This document shows, in pieces, positions 1 through 10,617 of a stretch of 64,000 nucleotides of DNA (position 1 is the first letter of the stretch; every line of letters starts with the position of its first letter). Origin of the DNA: a virus; the IMG/VR virus record IMGVR_UViG_3300033145_002224, positions 37,438-101,437 of that record. The stretch is one strand, 5' to 3'. Under the pieces are notes generated by a model. It was given only the letters and a program-made list of their open reading frames with translations. It was not told the origin of the DNA and searched no databases. Both the position numbers and the translations under genes were made by a program.

Positions 1-757
1 TATATTCATGTTCAGAGGGTGGTATCCATCTACCAGACAAGCCACTTGCTAAGGAATGTGCAAATTCTCCAGCCACACCTTTGGGGCCCTCTTTAAATGC
101 ATCTATTATATTGGACCATTTTAATTTTGGAGGTGCTTCCCATTCTTTCTTTTTAGACTGGGCAGTTGCTATAGATGTATCACCTTGTTTATTAACTGCT
201 ATACCATCAACATTTTTATCTTTCCAATTAACTAGTATCCCCTGTGCTTCACGTAGACCTATTTCCTTAGAATAATATAATCTTCTAGCCACAGCACCTA
301 CCTTTGTTTTCTTATCATGTTCTACATTAGAAAGAATTTGTCTATTAGCCACGGTATCGCTTCCACCAGCCCATAAAGGCATAATATGATCTACATCATA
401 GAACCTACTGGATAAGCCACCACGCAAAAAAGCGTTCATCATAGAATCATATGAACCCCTTTCTGATTTAATAAGTTTCCCAGTTTGGGAACTATCAACT
501 GTATATTGTCCAGCACCTAAATGTGATGGTAGAGATGCAAAACGAGCAGAAGTTGTGGGTGCTACTGCTCCGGTTTGCTGAAACCCTGGTTGTGCTGGTG
601 CAAATTTATATCCCTTTGGAACACTACTAAACCTGTCTGTTGTAGGTAATAATGGAGCACCAGTTTTTGCACTAGCTTGTCCCGTACCAGCACTAAGACG
701 ACTCTGTATTACTGGTGACGGCTTTAACAGTGGATTTGTTTGAGTTTGTTGTGCCAT
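1..757 (-). CDS. Probable internal virion/ejection protein with embedded HNH-nuclease motif (runs off window edge)
   Basis: Not in ORF track. Manual translation from ATG at 757: MAQQTQTNPLLKPSP...YDVDHIMPLWAGGSDTVANRQILSNVEHDKKT..., open to position 1; directly follows the 704-aa gene. Confidence 0.75.
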   Translation of the reverse strand, partial: MAQQTQTNPLLKPSPVIQSRLSAGTGQASAKTGAPLLPTTDRFSSVPKGYKFAPAQPGFQQTGAVAPTTSARFASLPSHLGAGQYTVDSSQTGKLIKSERGSYDSMMNAFLRGGLSSRFYDVDHIMPLWAGGSDTVANRQILSNVEHDKKTKVGAVARRLYYSKEIGLREAQGILVNWKDKNVDGIAVNKQGDTSIATAQSKKKEWEAPPKLKWSNIIDAFKEGPKGVAGEFAHSLASGLSGRWIPPSEHEY

Positions 758-761
758 AATA

Positions 762-2876
762 TTAACCAGTTATACTATTCATGGCTTGGCCCCGTAACCA
801 ACTATCATAATCTACTAAAATGTCTGAGGCTAAATCATTATCATTCTTTTTTAAATCGTATATTTCTTTAAGAGGATGTTGTTCAATGTGACGAGAATAA
901 TTATCAAACAAGAAATCAAGCATATCATCACTTACTTTACCTTGGTTCTTTTTCTTAAATTTATCTTTTTCATCAACATCATATTCTGCTCCACGCGTAC
1001 TCCAGCCAGTTAGGTCCTTAAGGGTTTCACGTACACCTTGTATATTATAATTATCGCCAACCATATAATCATCCATTCCTCTCACTAGATTATTAATCAC
1101 TTTTGATGATAGTGCGATACCATCGGTCTCTGCTTCATCTTTTCCGCTAGATCCGATACTATTTAAAACTTCACTCATATCTCCCCAAAAACTTAAAAAT
1201 GAACCCTTAGAAGCTTCTTTACTAGCAAGTTGGGCTACTGATGAACCATACCTTGATTTAACAGCGTCACTACTATAACCCTCATCTACAGCTTGACCCA
1301 TAAGACCATAATAGTCTCCTAAATCATAAGCTCCTTCTTCTGGATTTATAGTAGAGAGTAAATCTGTATAGTATTTTATATCAGCACTACTTACTTTTGC
1401 ATCCTCAACTCCTATATTAGCAGTTTCAGCATTTGTTTTATTAGCATCAGCTATTGTTTTAAGTAAATTAGCCTGTGCTTGAGATAGGGCAAGATTATCT
1501 ACCATTCTATCATGTTGTAATTGTTCTTGTCCGGCGAGATTAGTATATAAATCTCCCAACATTCCTTTAAAATAATTATATTGCTCTGTCTTGATTGCCC
1601 CTTGTGTAGCTAATTCATCCTGATATTTAGTTATACCAATATTATATTGTTCTTGTGAGAATGATAAATCAGCATTATGTTGTTCAATTGATGTATTCAC
1701 ATAATCAACATAACGTTTTTCTTGTCGTCCCTTAAGCACGTATAGATAGTTCATATACTTATTCATTCTTTCGTTTACATGTGGATTAGCCATATCCATA
1801 CCAGCCATTTTATCTTTAGCTCCAGTTATCATACCATCTAATTGACCAAGATATTCATCACGACCACGCACATAGTCGGCTAAATCAGTTTTAAGTGTTG
1901 CTCCTCGTCTTTTAAGGTTGTTAAGATTACTTAATTGTTGTTCTAGCCCGCTTTCTTTATATATTGTATTTTTAAGATCTGCTAATTGGCCAGAAAGTAA
2001 TGCTCCATCTGGTAACCATTCTTCTGGTACACCTGGGAACATCTTTTTTAATTCTTCTTTATCTGACATTACCTGGAATGCAAAGGCAGACTGGCCTATG
2101 CCAGTATTTACAGCCTCATATAAGGTTTTCCACTTTTCTTGTTGTTCAGAGTCAAGTCCATCAAACCAAGTGTCATAATAGGATGAATAATCCATGGATG
2201 AGTCAGCATTTGAAGTTCCAACTGGAGCGGTATATCCTGCTGGTGCCTGTTGTGGGCCTATCATGTTTTGAGGTCCCATTTGGACGGTCGATGGTGCTAC
2301 TGTTTTAGTTGTTCTTGTCTCTACTGGATCTAAACCTTGAATATGTGGAACGACATTACCAGTTGCATCTACTATAAATTTACCCCTATATGGATCTCTT
2401 GGATCTACTTTGGGTTGTGCTCCGGGTCCGACTGTTAGTGGCGTCGGTTGTGGTTGCTCAGATATTGAGGTTGGTGGAGGCGGTAACATTGTCATAAATG
2501 TAGGATCCTGTTTTCTTTTCTCTTCTAATTGACCCATTTGCTCCATAAGCATTTGTTGATCTTGCTGTTGACCCTGTTGCGCCATACCAGCATCACTATA
2601 TGGCATTGGTGTTACATTTTGAGCTGACTGTTGACCTTCATTCGCGCCAAGAAAATCCCACATACCACCTTTACCGTCGTTTATAGCACGATTTCTATTG
2701 GTACGCCAAAGAGATTTCATTACAGAACGGGCTCTATCACGCTTTGTACTTCCTACTGGAGCATCAAGTGCTTCTTGCATTAACTTATTCAAGCGCTCAT
2801 TTCCCATTATAGCGCCCACCGTTATTGCTTTAGACTTTGCTTGACCTTTGTCTACTATTGGTACGTTATTTAACAT
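762..2876 (-). CDS. Putative internal virion (ejection) protein
   Basis: 704 aa, Q/P-rich N-terminus, helical/coiled-coil body; lies after tail genes as in podovirus-type genomes. Confidence 0.55.
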   Translation of the reverse strand: MLNNVPIVDKGQAKSKAITVGAIMGNERLNKLMQEALDAPVGSTKRDRARSVMKSLWRTNRNRAINDGKGGMWDFLGANEGQQSAQNVTPMPYSDAGMAQQGQQQDQQMLMEQMGQLEEKRKQDPTFMTMLPPPPTSISEQPQPTPLTVGPGAQPKVDPRDPYRGKFIVDATGNVVPHIQGLDPVETRTTKTVAPSTVQMGPQNMIGPQQAPAGYTAPVGTSNADSSMDYSSYYDTWFDGLDSEQQEKWKTLYEAVNTGIGQSAFAFQVMSDKEELKKMFPGVPEEWLPDGALLSGQLADLKNTIYKESGLEQQLSNLNNLKRRGATLKTDLADYVRGRDEYLGQLDGMITGAKDKMAGMDMANPHVNERMNKYMNYLYVLKGRQEKRYVDYVNTSIEQHNADLSFSQEQYNIGITKYQDELATQGAIKTEQYNYFKGMLGDLYTNLAGQEQLQHDRMVDNLALSQAQANLLKTIADANKTNAETANIGVEDAKVSSADIKYYTDLLSTINPEEGAYDLGDYYGLMGQAVDEGYSSDAVKSRYGSSVAQLASKEASKGSFLSFWGDMSEVLNSIGSSGKDEAETDGIALSSKVINNLVRGMDDYMVGDNYNIQGVRETLKDLTGWSTRGAEYDVDEKDKFKKKNQGKVSDDMLDFLFDNYSRHIEQHPLKEIYDLKKNDNDLASDILVDYDSWLRGQAMNSITG

Positions 2877-3462
2877 ATTGTTGTTTTAGATACTTAAATG
2901 GATTAATATACTTACCGTATAAATCACGAATTCTATAATCTAGATGGCTTCCAGTTCCTCCGTGCATGCTATATGTTTGGCCGGTATTACCCATGAGTCC
3001 TCCAATTTGACCAGCTTGAACCTGTTGGCCTGGTTTTACAAATGATTGATGTAGGTGGCTATAACGATGCTTTGCACCCTGTGGATCTGTGACAACAACA
3101 TAGTTGCCGAAACCAGAATCTCCCTGTTTTTTACCAGATACAACCTCACTAACTGTCCCGGCTGTTTTAAATGGGATTTGTGTTCCAATTTTATTAGCAA
3201 CATCTATCCCTGGATGAAATTGTTCGTATTTAGTCGAACCTCCATATGGTACTGTAGTTGTACCAAGGTTTGAAAAATAATCAGCACCAGTTGCTTGTGA
3301 TACATTTGGAAATTGTTGACCTACGTTTATAGATTTTTGAGGCTTTGCCTGTTGAGCTGGTTGCGGTTGCATTTTTGGTAATGATTTACCAAGATCATAA
3401 GCCGCTCCTACACCAGCTTTAAGAAGTTTATTAGCCTGATATGTTTGGTTTTCTTTAAGCAT
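2866..3462 (-). CDS. M23-family peptidase (virion-associated peptidoglycan hydrolase)
   Basis: HPGID (HxxxD), YSHL, GNTG and HLD motifs of M23/LytM. Confidence 0.9.
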   Translation of the reverse strand: MLKENQTYQANKLLKAGVGAAYDLGKSLPKMQPQPAQQAKPQKSINVGQQFPNVSQATGADYFSNLGTTTVPYGGSTKYEQFHPGIDVANKIGTQIPFKTAGTVSEVVSGKKQGDSGFGNYVVVTDPQGAKHRYSHLHQSFVKPGQQVQAGQIGGLMGNTGQTYSMHGGTGSHLDYRIRDLYGKYINPFKYLKQQYVK

Positions 3463-3466
3463 ATTT

Positions 3467-5902
3467 TTATGATTTAGTAAATCCTTGAGCTGTTAAATCT
3501 TCTGGTGTAAAGTATCCATAGGGTGTTTGATAATTATCATTTATATCAATTGTTAAGCCTCCCTTTTTCCATATACCACCACCCGATATTTGCGTTGATG
3601 GTGTTGGTGTACTACTTTGTTGATTCATTGCACTACTTGTAGCAGCAGCAGCTTCCGCTGCTTGACCAAGTCCTGTATCAGCGACACCACTAGATTGTTG
3701 ATTAGCTGGATTAATCGACCAGGCGCTAGAATCAGATGGGTCAGTTCCTGTTTGTTGATTAGCCTGAGCCGTAGCGGCTGCGGCTTGTCCCAATGCTGTA
3801 TTTTCTGGATTAATTGACCAAGCGCTAGAATCAGATGGGTCAGTGCCTGTTTGTTGCTGTGTTGTTGGTGCTGAGTCAAATGCGCCAGCCTGTGTATATT
3901 CAGCATATCGTTTTTCTTCTTCATTCTTTTTTTGTTCTAAAAGCTGATCGAGTTGATATGTTTTCTTAGATTCACTTATACCATATTTATTAGCATATAA
4001 ATTCTGATAAAGTGTACTCCTATAATTACCATTTTCATCAATCATTAAATCTCTATATGCTATAGCCTCTTGTTCACTTAAACCATATTTACTTACTAAA
4101 TTTTGTACATCAAAGAAACTAAGCACATCTTGGCTTGGCGTTAATCCCCAAGCAACCCTCTCCTCTGCTGTTAGTGCTGCTATTTCTTCTGGGGTAGCAT
4201 TAGCTAATAAGTGTTTTCGTCTAGCTTCTGTTTCTTGGCTGGCTTTACTCTCTCTAACGGTTTCGTCGCCTCTCCTTACGTCTTGTAAATATCTATCCTT
4301 AGCTTCTTGTAATAAACCACTATCACCAAGATTAGCCTGACCATAACCACTTGTTATTGAATTAATTTGATCCCACGCACTATATGCATTATCACTAAGC
4401 TGTATACCATATAATCGATTCATTTCTTGTCTAAATGTTTCCCACTCATGGTCTGCGATAGCTTTTTGTTGATCAGTTTGTGCTTCTAATTGTTTGGTAA
4501 GTACATCATGATAGGCTGATTTAATTTTTTCAGCCTCTTCTTGTGCCTCTGGAGATGTCCAATCAAATGGTTGTACAAGTGTTTGGAATACTTCACTTGG
4601 AAGTTGAAATATAGATAAGTCGAGTAATGATGTGTCTATATCACCAAGTTGTGGAGGTGGGGCTAGTTCCATATTACTACGTATTGCTTGTCCTTCTGCG
4701 GTAGCATGATACTCATTAGCTGTTTGAGTACTATGTATAACCTGCATATTGGCATATTCTGAATCGCCTCCCTTAACTAATTGTTTACGTTTTAAGTCTC
4801 TATAAATATCATTTGGACCATATCCACCATAAGCCAATGCATTAACATATAAACCTATTGTATTTGGATCATTAAGGGCTTCTTGTACTACATCTGGATC
4901 AATACCACTATCTGTCATCTCCTTGATTAAGCCTAGCCAGTGATCTACAACCTTAAATGAGGCTTGTTGCGCTTGAGCGTTATATTCTTGACCATATAGT
5001 CTACCAATATCTTCCTCAGAGACGTTATCTGGAGTATATGTACCGGCTTCATTTATGCCCTGTTCATTGCCAAGTAACTGAAAGTTGAATAAAGTAGAAT
5101 CTTGATTTGTTAAAGCTGTTGTTGGTAGTGTCGTAATTAACCCACTATCCATTGCTTCTTGAGGTGACATACCATATTTAGCTATAAAACCAGTCTCGTC
5201 TAAAAATGGTCTCATTGATTGGCTGTTTTTGTCTACTAACCAAATCGTTGAGGCATCCCCCGGAGCAGCTCCATTAGGATCATCATTAAATTTAACAAGA
5301 GCCTCATTCCCTTGAAAGAAAAAATCATTAGTTTTACCTGAAATATCAGTCTGTGCTTTCGCATCTTCTTGTGCTTTTTTTCTTGACATCTCCAAATCTT
5401 TTCTCAACACAGAGTCATCAAGATGACTCATATACATATCTATTTCTTGTTGATTTGCATCCCGGCCAAGGTAAAGTTGATAAAGATGATTTACTGCATT
5501 TTTGCCTATAGTTTCACTTTCCGTTGGTTGTTGCATTGGTGTTTTTGGGGTTGGAGCCGGAACTGGAGTAGGGGCAGGGGTTGGAGTCGGAACTGGAGTA
5601 GGGGCAGGGGTTGGAGTCGGTTGTTTTGGGGCATATCCTCTCGGCTTTTGCCAATTAACACCTGTAGAAGTTAATAATTTATTTATTTCTGCTTGTGATT
5701 TCCAATTAAAACTAGGTTTAGTACTAATTGGTTTACCGTCTGGTATGTCAGTTAAATGACTAGAATCAATATCGACAAAAGCACCACCGCCTAAAACCTC
5801 CATACTTGTTATATGCCTTTTAGTCCCATTATCAATAAAATAGATTACATTATTAGAGTTATCTCTTACTAATATTCCATTTGGTAATTTGGTTGTTGCC
5901 AT
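3467..5902 (-). CDS. Putative internal virion/ejection protein with Pro-Thr linker
   Basis: 811 aa; (PTPA/PTPV)n linker; LYQLYLGRDA motif (DUF4214-like); duplicated QQTGTDPSDSSAWSINP near C-terminus. Confidence 0.55.
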   Translation of the reverse strand: MATTKLPNGILVRDNSNNVIYFIDNGTKRHITSMEVLGGGAFVDIDSSHLTDIPDGKPISTKPSFNWKSQAEINKLLTSTGVNWQKPRGYAPKQPTPTPAPTPVPTPTPAPTPVPAPTPKTPMQQPTESETIGKNAVNHLYQLYLGRDANQQEIDMYMSHLDDSVLRKDLEMSRKKAQEDAKAQTDISGKTNDFFFQGNEALVKFNDDPNGAAPGDASTIWLVDKNSQSMRPFLDETGFIAKYGMSPQEAMDSGLITTLPTTALTNQDSTLFNFQLLGNEQGINEAGTYTPDNVSEEDIGRLYGQEYNAQAQQASFKVVDHWLGLIKEMTDSGIDPDVVQEALNDPNTIGLYVNALAYGGYGPNDIYRDLKRKQLVKGGDSEYANMQVIHSTQTANEYHATAEGQAIRSNMELAPPPQLGDIDTSLLDLSIFQLPSEVFQTLVQPFDWTSPEAQEEAEKIKSAYHDVLTKQLEAQTDQQKAIADHEWETFRQEMNRLYGIQLSDNAYSAWDQINSITSGYGQANLGDSGLLQEAKDRYLQDVRRGDETVRESKASQETEARRKHLLANATPEEIAALTAEERVAWGLTPSQDVLSFFDVQNLVSKYGLSEQEAIAYRDLMIDENGNYRSTLYQNLYANKYGISESKKTYQLDQLLEQKKNEEEKRYAEYTQAGAFDSAPTTQQQTGTDPSDSSAWSINPENTALGQAAAATAQANQQTGTDPSDSSAWSINPANQQSSGVADTGLGQAAEAAAATSSAMNQQSSTPTPSTQISGGGIWKKGGLTIDINDNYQTPYGYFTPEDLTAQGFTKS

Positions 5903-5911
5903 ATATTTTAA

Positions 5912-6067
5912 TTATTTTAAATTATCAATTAATTCTTTTAAAATTGCTTTTAACTCAAAGCTTCCAGCTACTTCTGCTTTAATTATTTGAGCCATATTAC
6001 CATTGGTTTCAATAATAATTTGTCGCATTTTAGATTCTTTTTTTTCTTCTTGTTTTTTATCGTCCAT
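5912..6067 (-). CDS. Small hypothetical protein (51 aa)
   Basis: Manual translation MDDKKQEEKKESKMRQIIIETNGN...ELIDNLK*; fills the intergenic gap. Confidence 0.6.
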   Translation of the reverse strand: MDDKKQEEKKESKMRQIIIETNGNMAQIIKAEVAGSFELKAILKELIDNLK

Positions 6068-6082
6068 AAAATTTATATTAAA

Positions 6083-8833
6083 TTATAATGCTTGCCAAAA
6101 ATCATAATATGAAATATCCATAGTTTTTGATGCACTTGTTCTTGTTTCTAGATAAGCAGTAAATAAATGGTCGGCATTAGAAGTCCCTGACGGTAGATTT
6201 GTAGTTATTGTTCCTTCGAGTACTCCATCGATATAAAATTTTGCACTTACACCAGGAACAAAATCTATTCTTAAACTATAATCTGTACCGGCAGAAATTG
6301 CTCCGAAATCAGAGGTTGTATAAGAAGAACCATCAGCGGTCAAACCATAAATATTCCCATTTTGAACCAAGAATGCTATTTTCATATCGTTTACAATTCC
6401 TCCTGCCTGCTCATTGCACTCTCCAGTACCAAAAAGTATTCTAGTATTAATAACCGCAGTAATTCTCATACCAATTTTAACACTTCTTTTTTTAGCCCAA
6501 GAAAAATCATTTTGATATAATGACCGTTTATATAAACAAACGTATTCGTATTGGTCAGCTCCAGTAATTAATTGAACAGAGTTTACACCCAACGAAAAGC
6601 TACCACCAGCACCGCCAATATCTTGTTCATATCCATCTATTGATTCAAATATCGTGAACCAATGAAAATCATTTCTTCTTAAACTGTTTGCTACAACATT
6701 ACCACTAGAATCAACTGAAAACAATGGAGAGCTGGCATTTGGTATATTGATTGTCCCAGCAGTAATAGCCCCACCGATTAAAGATATATCAGTTCCATCA
6801 TATTTAAAAACTTTAGTCGCGGAACTTCCAATTTCAAACTTTGGTTTTGAAGCGGAATAATCATAACCTAAAATGAAACCATTAGTTGCGTCCTGCCCAA
6901 AATCCGTCTTGCCGTAATTTATAATAACATCAGTGCTTGCCGCTACTGCGGTTAATCCTGTTGCTCCTACACTCCAATAATTAGTTGCTGTTCCAAATTT
7001 TCCGGAAGTAGCTTCTATATCTCCTTTAATTCTTAAACCATTTGTTGGGTCGTATTTTAAATATTTTGTAGCCTCTCCAATCGCTATGCCATATTTATCA
7101 GAACTATATCCTAAATATCCGTTTAAATTTCCTATTCTTAATTTAGTTGATAAATCAGTCCAAGGTTCGCCTGCGTGTGTAAATACTGATAAATAAGGTG
7201 CGTTGCTTTCGCTCGCGGTCATATACACTCCACCATCTCCTGATTGTTTATAATTAACAACTGTCGCTCCTTTTTTCCAAGCTGGATTAGCATCTGCGGA
7301 GTAGTCGCCAGCCTTATCCCTTGTAACATTATAAGGATTAATAGCAGCTGTGGGTGTCAGATAAACATAAAAATTCATATCTACCCCACTATTAGCTATC
7401 CAACCTGACGTTTTGGTATCATAACAATAATAATTTCCAGAATGAGTTGGAGATGATTGGTCGCCTACTGAAAAAACATAATCTTCGGGTGAACCATATT
7501 CAATGCTAATACAATAATTTGTTCCAGCAGTTAAAGTTATTCTGTTTGCTCCAGAAAAAGTAAATTCAGCGAGAGCTGGCGAATCTAATGAAAGGGTAGA
7601 AACATCAAGTGCGTCAGAAGTAGCCAGTGCAATACCAGTTGGTAAACTTGAAGTTCCATAAGTTCCAGAGTGTGCATAAATTTTAGCATAAGCGTTTCCT
7701 GTCGGAGATAAACTTTTATACATTAAAAATTTAGCACTTTCAAGAATGCCAGCAATGGCAATAAACGACTGACCCTGTGTTTTATTATTTTGGAGAGAAG
7801 CATCTTGACTTCCAAAATAATTATCAGCCACTATTGGGTCATTAGCAATAACTTCCATCCACTCATCATCTGTCCCGTCTTTAATTCTCAAAATATCACC
7901 TACCGCAAAAGTTGTTATTGCTTTTGTTGTTAAAGTGCTATCATCATCTGCCGTCATATCTTCATCTAAAACATCCCCGTCTAATACTGCGAAATTTCCG
8001 CCCATAACATTGACGACATCTTTTTGAAATACTGCTGTTCTTATCAACCCCCTACAAGCTATGTTGCCTACTTCCAATAAACTATCACTTAAATGGAAAC
8101 CTGCCCCGAATACCCCGCTTACATAATTGTCAGATTGTATTCTTTTATTATCGCCATCTATAAATATTTTGTTTGTTGTGCCTACATCTATCCGTTTATT
8201 TGCTCCGTCAATTACTATTTCATCTGAAGTTCCGACTGTTATTTTTTTATTTCCACCATCAAGAATTATTTCATTACTTGCTGAATACATTGTAGTTGCT
8301 CCTAAAGTAAATCCACCAATTGTACCGCTTTGAAATTTAGCATAACCAGTATTTAAAATATACGCATTTGCATTATCATTATCTGTATTAAAATCAGCTA
8401 CATCACATCCCCACCAACTATTACCATCAGTATCGACATGAAAAGAATTACCGGTAGTTTCATCCGGTATATCTAATTTACCGCCAATAATACCACCATC
8501 ACCAACATAAAGTTGCATACATTCTATATATCCATTCAATCCGTCTATAAGAAATCCATGTTTTTTAGGATTATAATTCTGAGATTTTATCCAATTACGA
8601 ATCCATAAATCACCCATTTGACCGGTTTGTATAGCACCTTCAGTTATCTGCCCCGGCGATTCGACACTACCTCCCGATACACCACCAACACCACCGCTAT
8701 CACCAGCAACGGAACTAGAGCTCCTAGCGGTATCACCAAGCCCACCACTGACAACACCACCTTCAGAACGCTCCAAACTGTCATTATAAGGGTTGTCAAT
8801 ATTTCCATAATTGTAATCATTTATGTTGCTCAT
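6083..8833 (-). CDS. Tail fibre/spike-like structural protein
   Basis: 916 aa, Gly/beta-rich repeats (GTIGGFTLG, IxIDGxNK), lectin-like C-terminus; follows the tail nozzle gene. Confidence 0.7.
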   Translation of the reverse strand: MSNINDYNYGNIDNPYNDSLERSEGGVVSGGLGDTARSSSSVAGDSGGVGGVSGGSVESPGQITEGAIQTGQMGDLWIRNWIKSQNYNPKKHGFLIDGLNGYIECMQLYVGDGGIIGGKLDIPDETTGNSFHVDTDGNSWWGCDVADFNTDNDNANAYILNTGYAKFQSGTIGGFTLGATTMYSASNEIILDGGNKKITVGTSDEIVIDGANKRIDVGTTNKIFIDGDNKRIQSDNYVSGVFGAGFHLSDSLLEVGNIACRGLIRTAVFQKDVVNVMGGNFAVLDGDVLDEDMTADDDSTLTTKAITTFAVGDILRIKDGTDDEWMEVIANDPIVADNYFGSQDASLQNNKTQGQSFIAIAGILESAKFLMYKSLSPTGNAYAKIYAHSGTYGTSSLPTGIALATSDALDVSTLSLDSPALAEFTFSGANRITLTAGTNYCISIEYGSPEDYVFSVGDQSSPTHSGNYYCYDTKTSGWIANSGVDMNFYVYLTPTAAINPYNVTRDKAGDYSADANPAWKKGATVVNYKQSGDGGVYMTASESNAPYLSVFTHAGEPWTDLSTKLRIGNLNGYLGYSSDKYGIAIGEATKYLKYDPTNGLRIKGDIEATSGKFGTATNYWSVGATGLTAVAASTDVIINYGKTDFGQDATNGFILGYDYSASKPKFEIGSSATKVFKYDGTDISLIGGAITAGTINIPNASSPLFSVDSSGNVVANSLRRNDFHWFTIFESIDGYEQDIGGAGGSFSLGVNSVQLITGADQYEYVCLYKRSLYQNDFSWAKKRSVKIGMRITAVINTRILFGTGECNEQAGGIVNDMKIAFLVQNGNIYGLTADGSSYTTSDFGAISAGTDYSLRIDFVPGVSAKFYIDGVLEGTITTNLPSGTSNADHLFTAYLETRTSASKTMDISYYDFWQAL

Positions 8834-10614
8834 TCTTTGTCTGGTCTGGATTCTTCCTCCTCACTTGTTTCAGTATAAATTATCGCCACCCTGGCTATTT
8901 TACACAATGATTTAGAATAATCTCTAAATGATAATTTAAGATTACGACACCTGGGGGGGGTGTTTTTGTCATTATCAGTATTATGAACTTTCAAAATTGT
9001 ACATCCTTTAATTGCGTCACCATTTAATTCATAATATTTTCCATTATCCAATGATATAAATGTTTTTATATTACTACCCCGCTCTGTCTCTATTATTATT
9101 TCAGTAGGATAACATATTTTTTCAAATTGTTTCGATAGTGTTATTTTACCAGTATCTATTCTAAATGGTATTTCTGTTTCATCTACAGTGTTATCATCTG
9201 TTGCCCCATTAAATAATTCAAATATTGGAAATTTTGTATTTGTACTTGTATATTCAAGTAAATCCGGATCAGATGATTCTAAATAGGTCGCAAATTGACT
9301 AGCCTTTATACCGGTATGGATAAACCAATTTTCTTGACGCATATTATATTCTAAACATACATCAGATAATGTTTTATCTTCTGAGCCATCATCTTTATAT
9401 AATGAAACATTACCAATTGCAAAAAACACACTTAATCCTCTTCTACCAGCAGCAGCATCCTCTAACCCAGATTTAGTAGCACCCTCAATATATTTTTGTA
9501 CTTTAGCTGACATTAATTTTGGACTCTCACCTGTTGTAGCATAAATTCCAGTATAGTGTACAAACCAAAGTGTTCCGAGTGCTTTTACCCAGCCAGTATC
9601 AGACACGCACCCTATTCCAAGATCATATGGCTTCAAATATGAATTATTCCAGGTAGAGATATTATTATTATTAGCCATTATCATTACATCACCAATATTC
9701 GTAAATATTTTTAATCTATCATTATCCCCACCGGCTAATTTAAAAGTATCATATTGCTTTACGGTTGTTCCGCTGGCCGGATTATCTGCCCAACGAAATA
9801 CCTTTGCCCCCGTATATGTATCGGCTACCCAAAGTTCGTCTGAACTATTTAATGGATTTGTTGTTGCTGCAACAGTTATATCATTTTCTGTTTTTGCTGA
9901 AATTGTTAATGTTTCTATTTTTGTACCACCTCTATATACATCAAGACTGTCAGTACTTCTAATATATTTAGTGTCTGTAACACTTAATGTGGTTACGGCT
10001 GCGTCATGGTCACCATCAACTAATGATATTAGCCCAACCGGGACAGATGACATCATAATTCCATTTTTATAACGTGTAGAGCCAACAGTATAATCACCCA
10101 AGTACATTTTATCTTTAAAATAATTAATCTTATATGCCTTAGGGGAATTATAAAGATGTCCAGTTGTTGTGTCAGAGTCAACCACAACTTCACCGGCAGA
10201 ATTAATATATCTATTATTATCGGTCCCATTAGTTATAAAGCAACAACTCTCTGCGATAACCGTATCTGTTTGAGCTGCTGTTAACCCAGTTCCTTTATCA
10301 GTTAACGCTTGCCATTCACTACTTGTATCAAGTTGATGTATTGCTACTGTATCGCTTAATTTAGACACACGGTACATTCCCTTATTTGAACTAGAATTAT
10401 TAAAATAGAATATACCATAATTAGCCTGCCAGGATTTGACATCACCCAACCTTACCGTTCCTGCTCTTTTTTCAATACTACCAATCGTTTTAGATCTAGC
10501 ATTTTCACAATGTTTTAGTTCCTGTTTTTTTCCAATATTATCAGCGACAAGAGTATTAACCCCATCAAAAAATCCTATCTCAAGGCGACGTATGTTCGAT
10601 TTTTCTTTAGCCAT
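8830..10614 (-). CDS. Tail nozzle/tubular protein B (P22 gp10-like stabilization protein)
   Basis: 594 aa beta-propeller-like; NAR...GSIEKRAGT and GIGCVS motifs; synteny. Confidence 0.7.
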   Translation of the reverse strand: MAKEKSNIRRLEIGFFDGVNTLVADNIGKKQELKHCENARSKTIGSIEKRAGTVRLGDVKSWQANYGIFYFNNSSSNKGMYRVSKLSDTVAIHQLDTSSEWQALTDKGTGLTAAQTDTVIAESCCFITNGTDNNRYINSAGEVVVDSDTTTGHLYNSPKAYKINYFKDKMYLGDYTVGSTRYKNGIMMSSVPVGLISLVDGDHDAAVTTLSVTDTKYIRSTDSLDVYRGGTKIETLTISAKTENDITVAATTNPLNSSDELWVADTYTGAKVFRWADNPASGTTVKQYDTFKLAGGDNDRLKIFTNIGDVMIMANNNNISTWNNSYLKPYDLGIGCVSDTGWVKALGTLWFVHYTGIYATTGESPKLMSAKVQKYIEGATKSGLEDAAAGRRGLSVFFAIGNVSLYKDDGSEDKTLSDVCLEYNMRQENWFIHTGIKASQFATYLESSDPDLLEYTSTNTKFPIFELFNGATDDNTVDETEIPFRIDTGKITLSKQFEKICYPTEIIIETERGSNIKTFISLDNGKYYELNGDAIKGCTILKVHNTDNDKNTPPRCRNLKLSFRDYSKSLCKIARVAIIYTETSEEEESRPDKE

Positions 10615-10617
10615 ATA

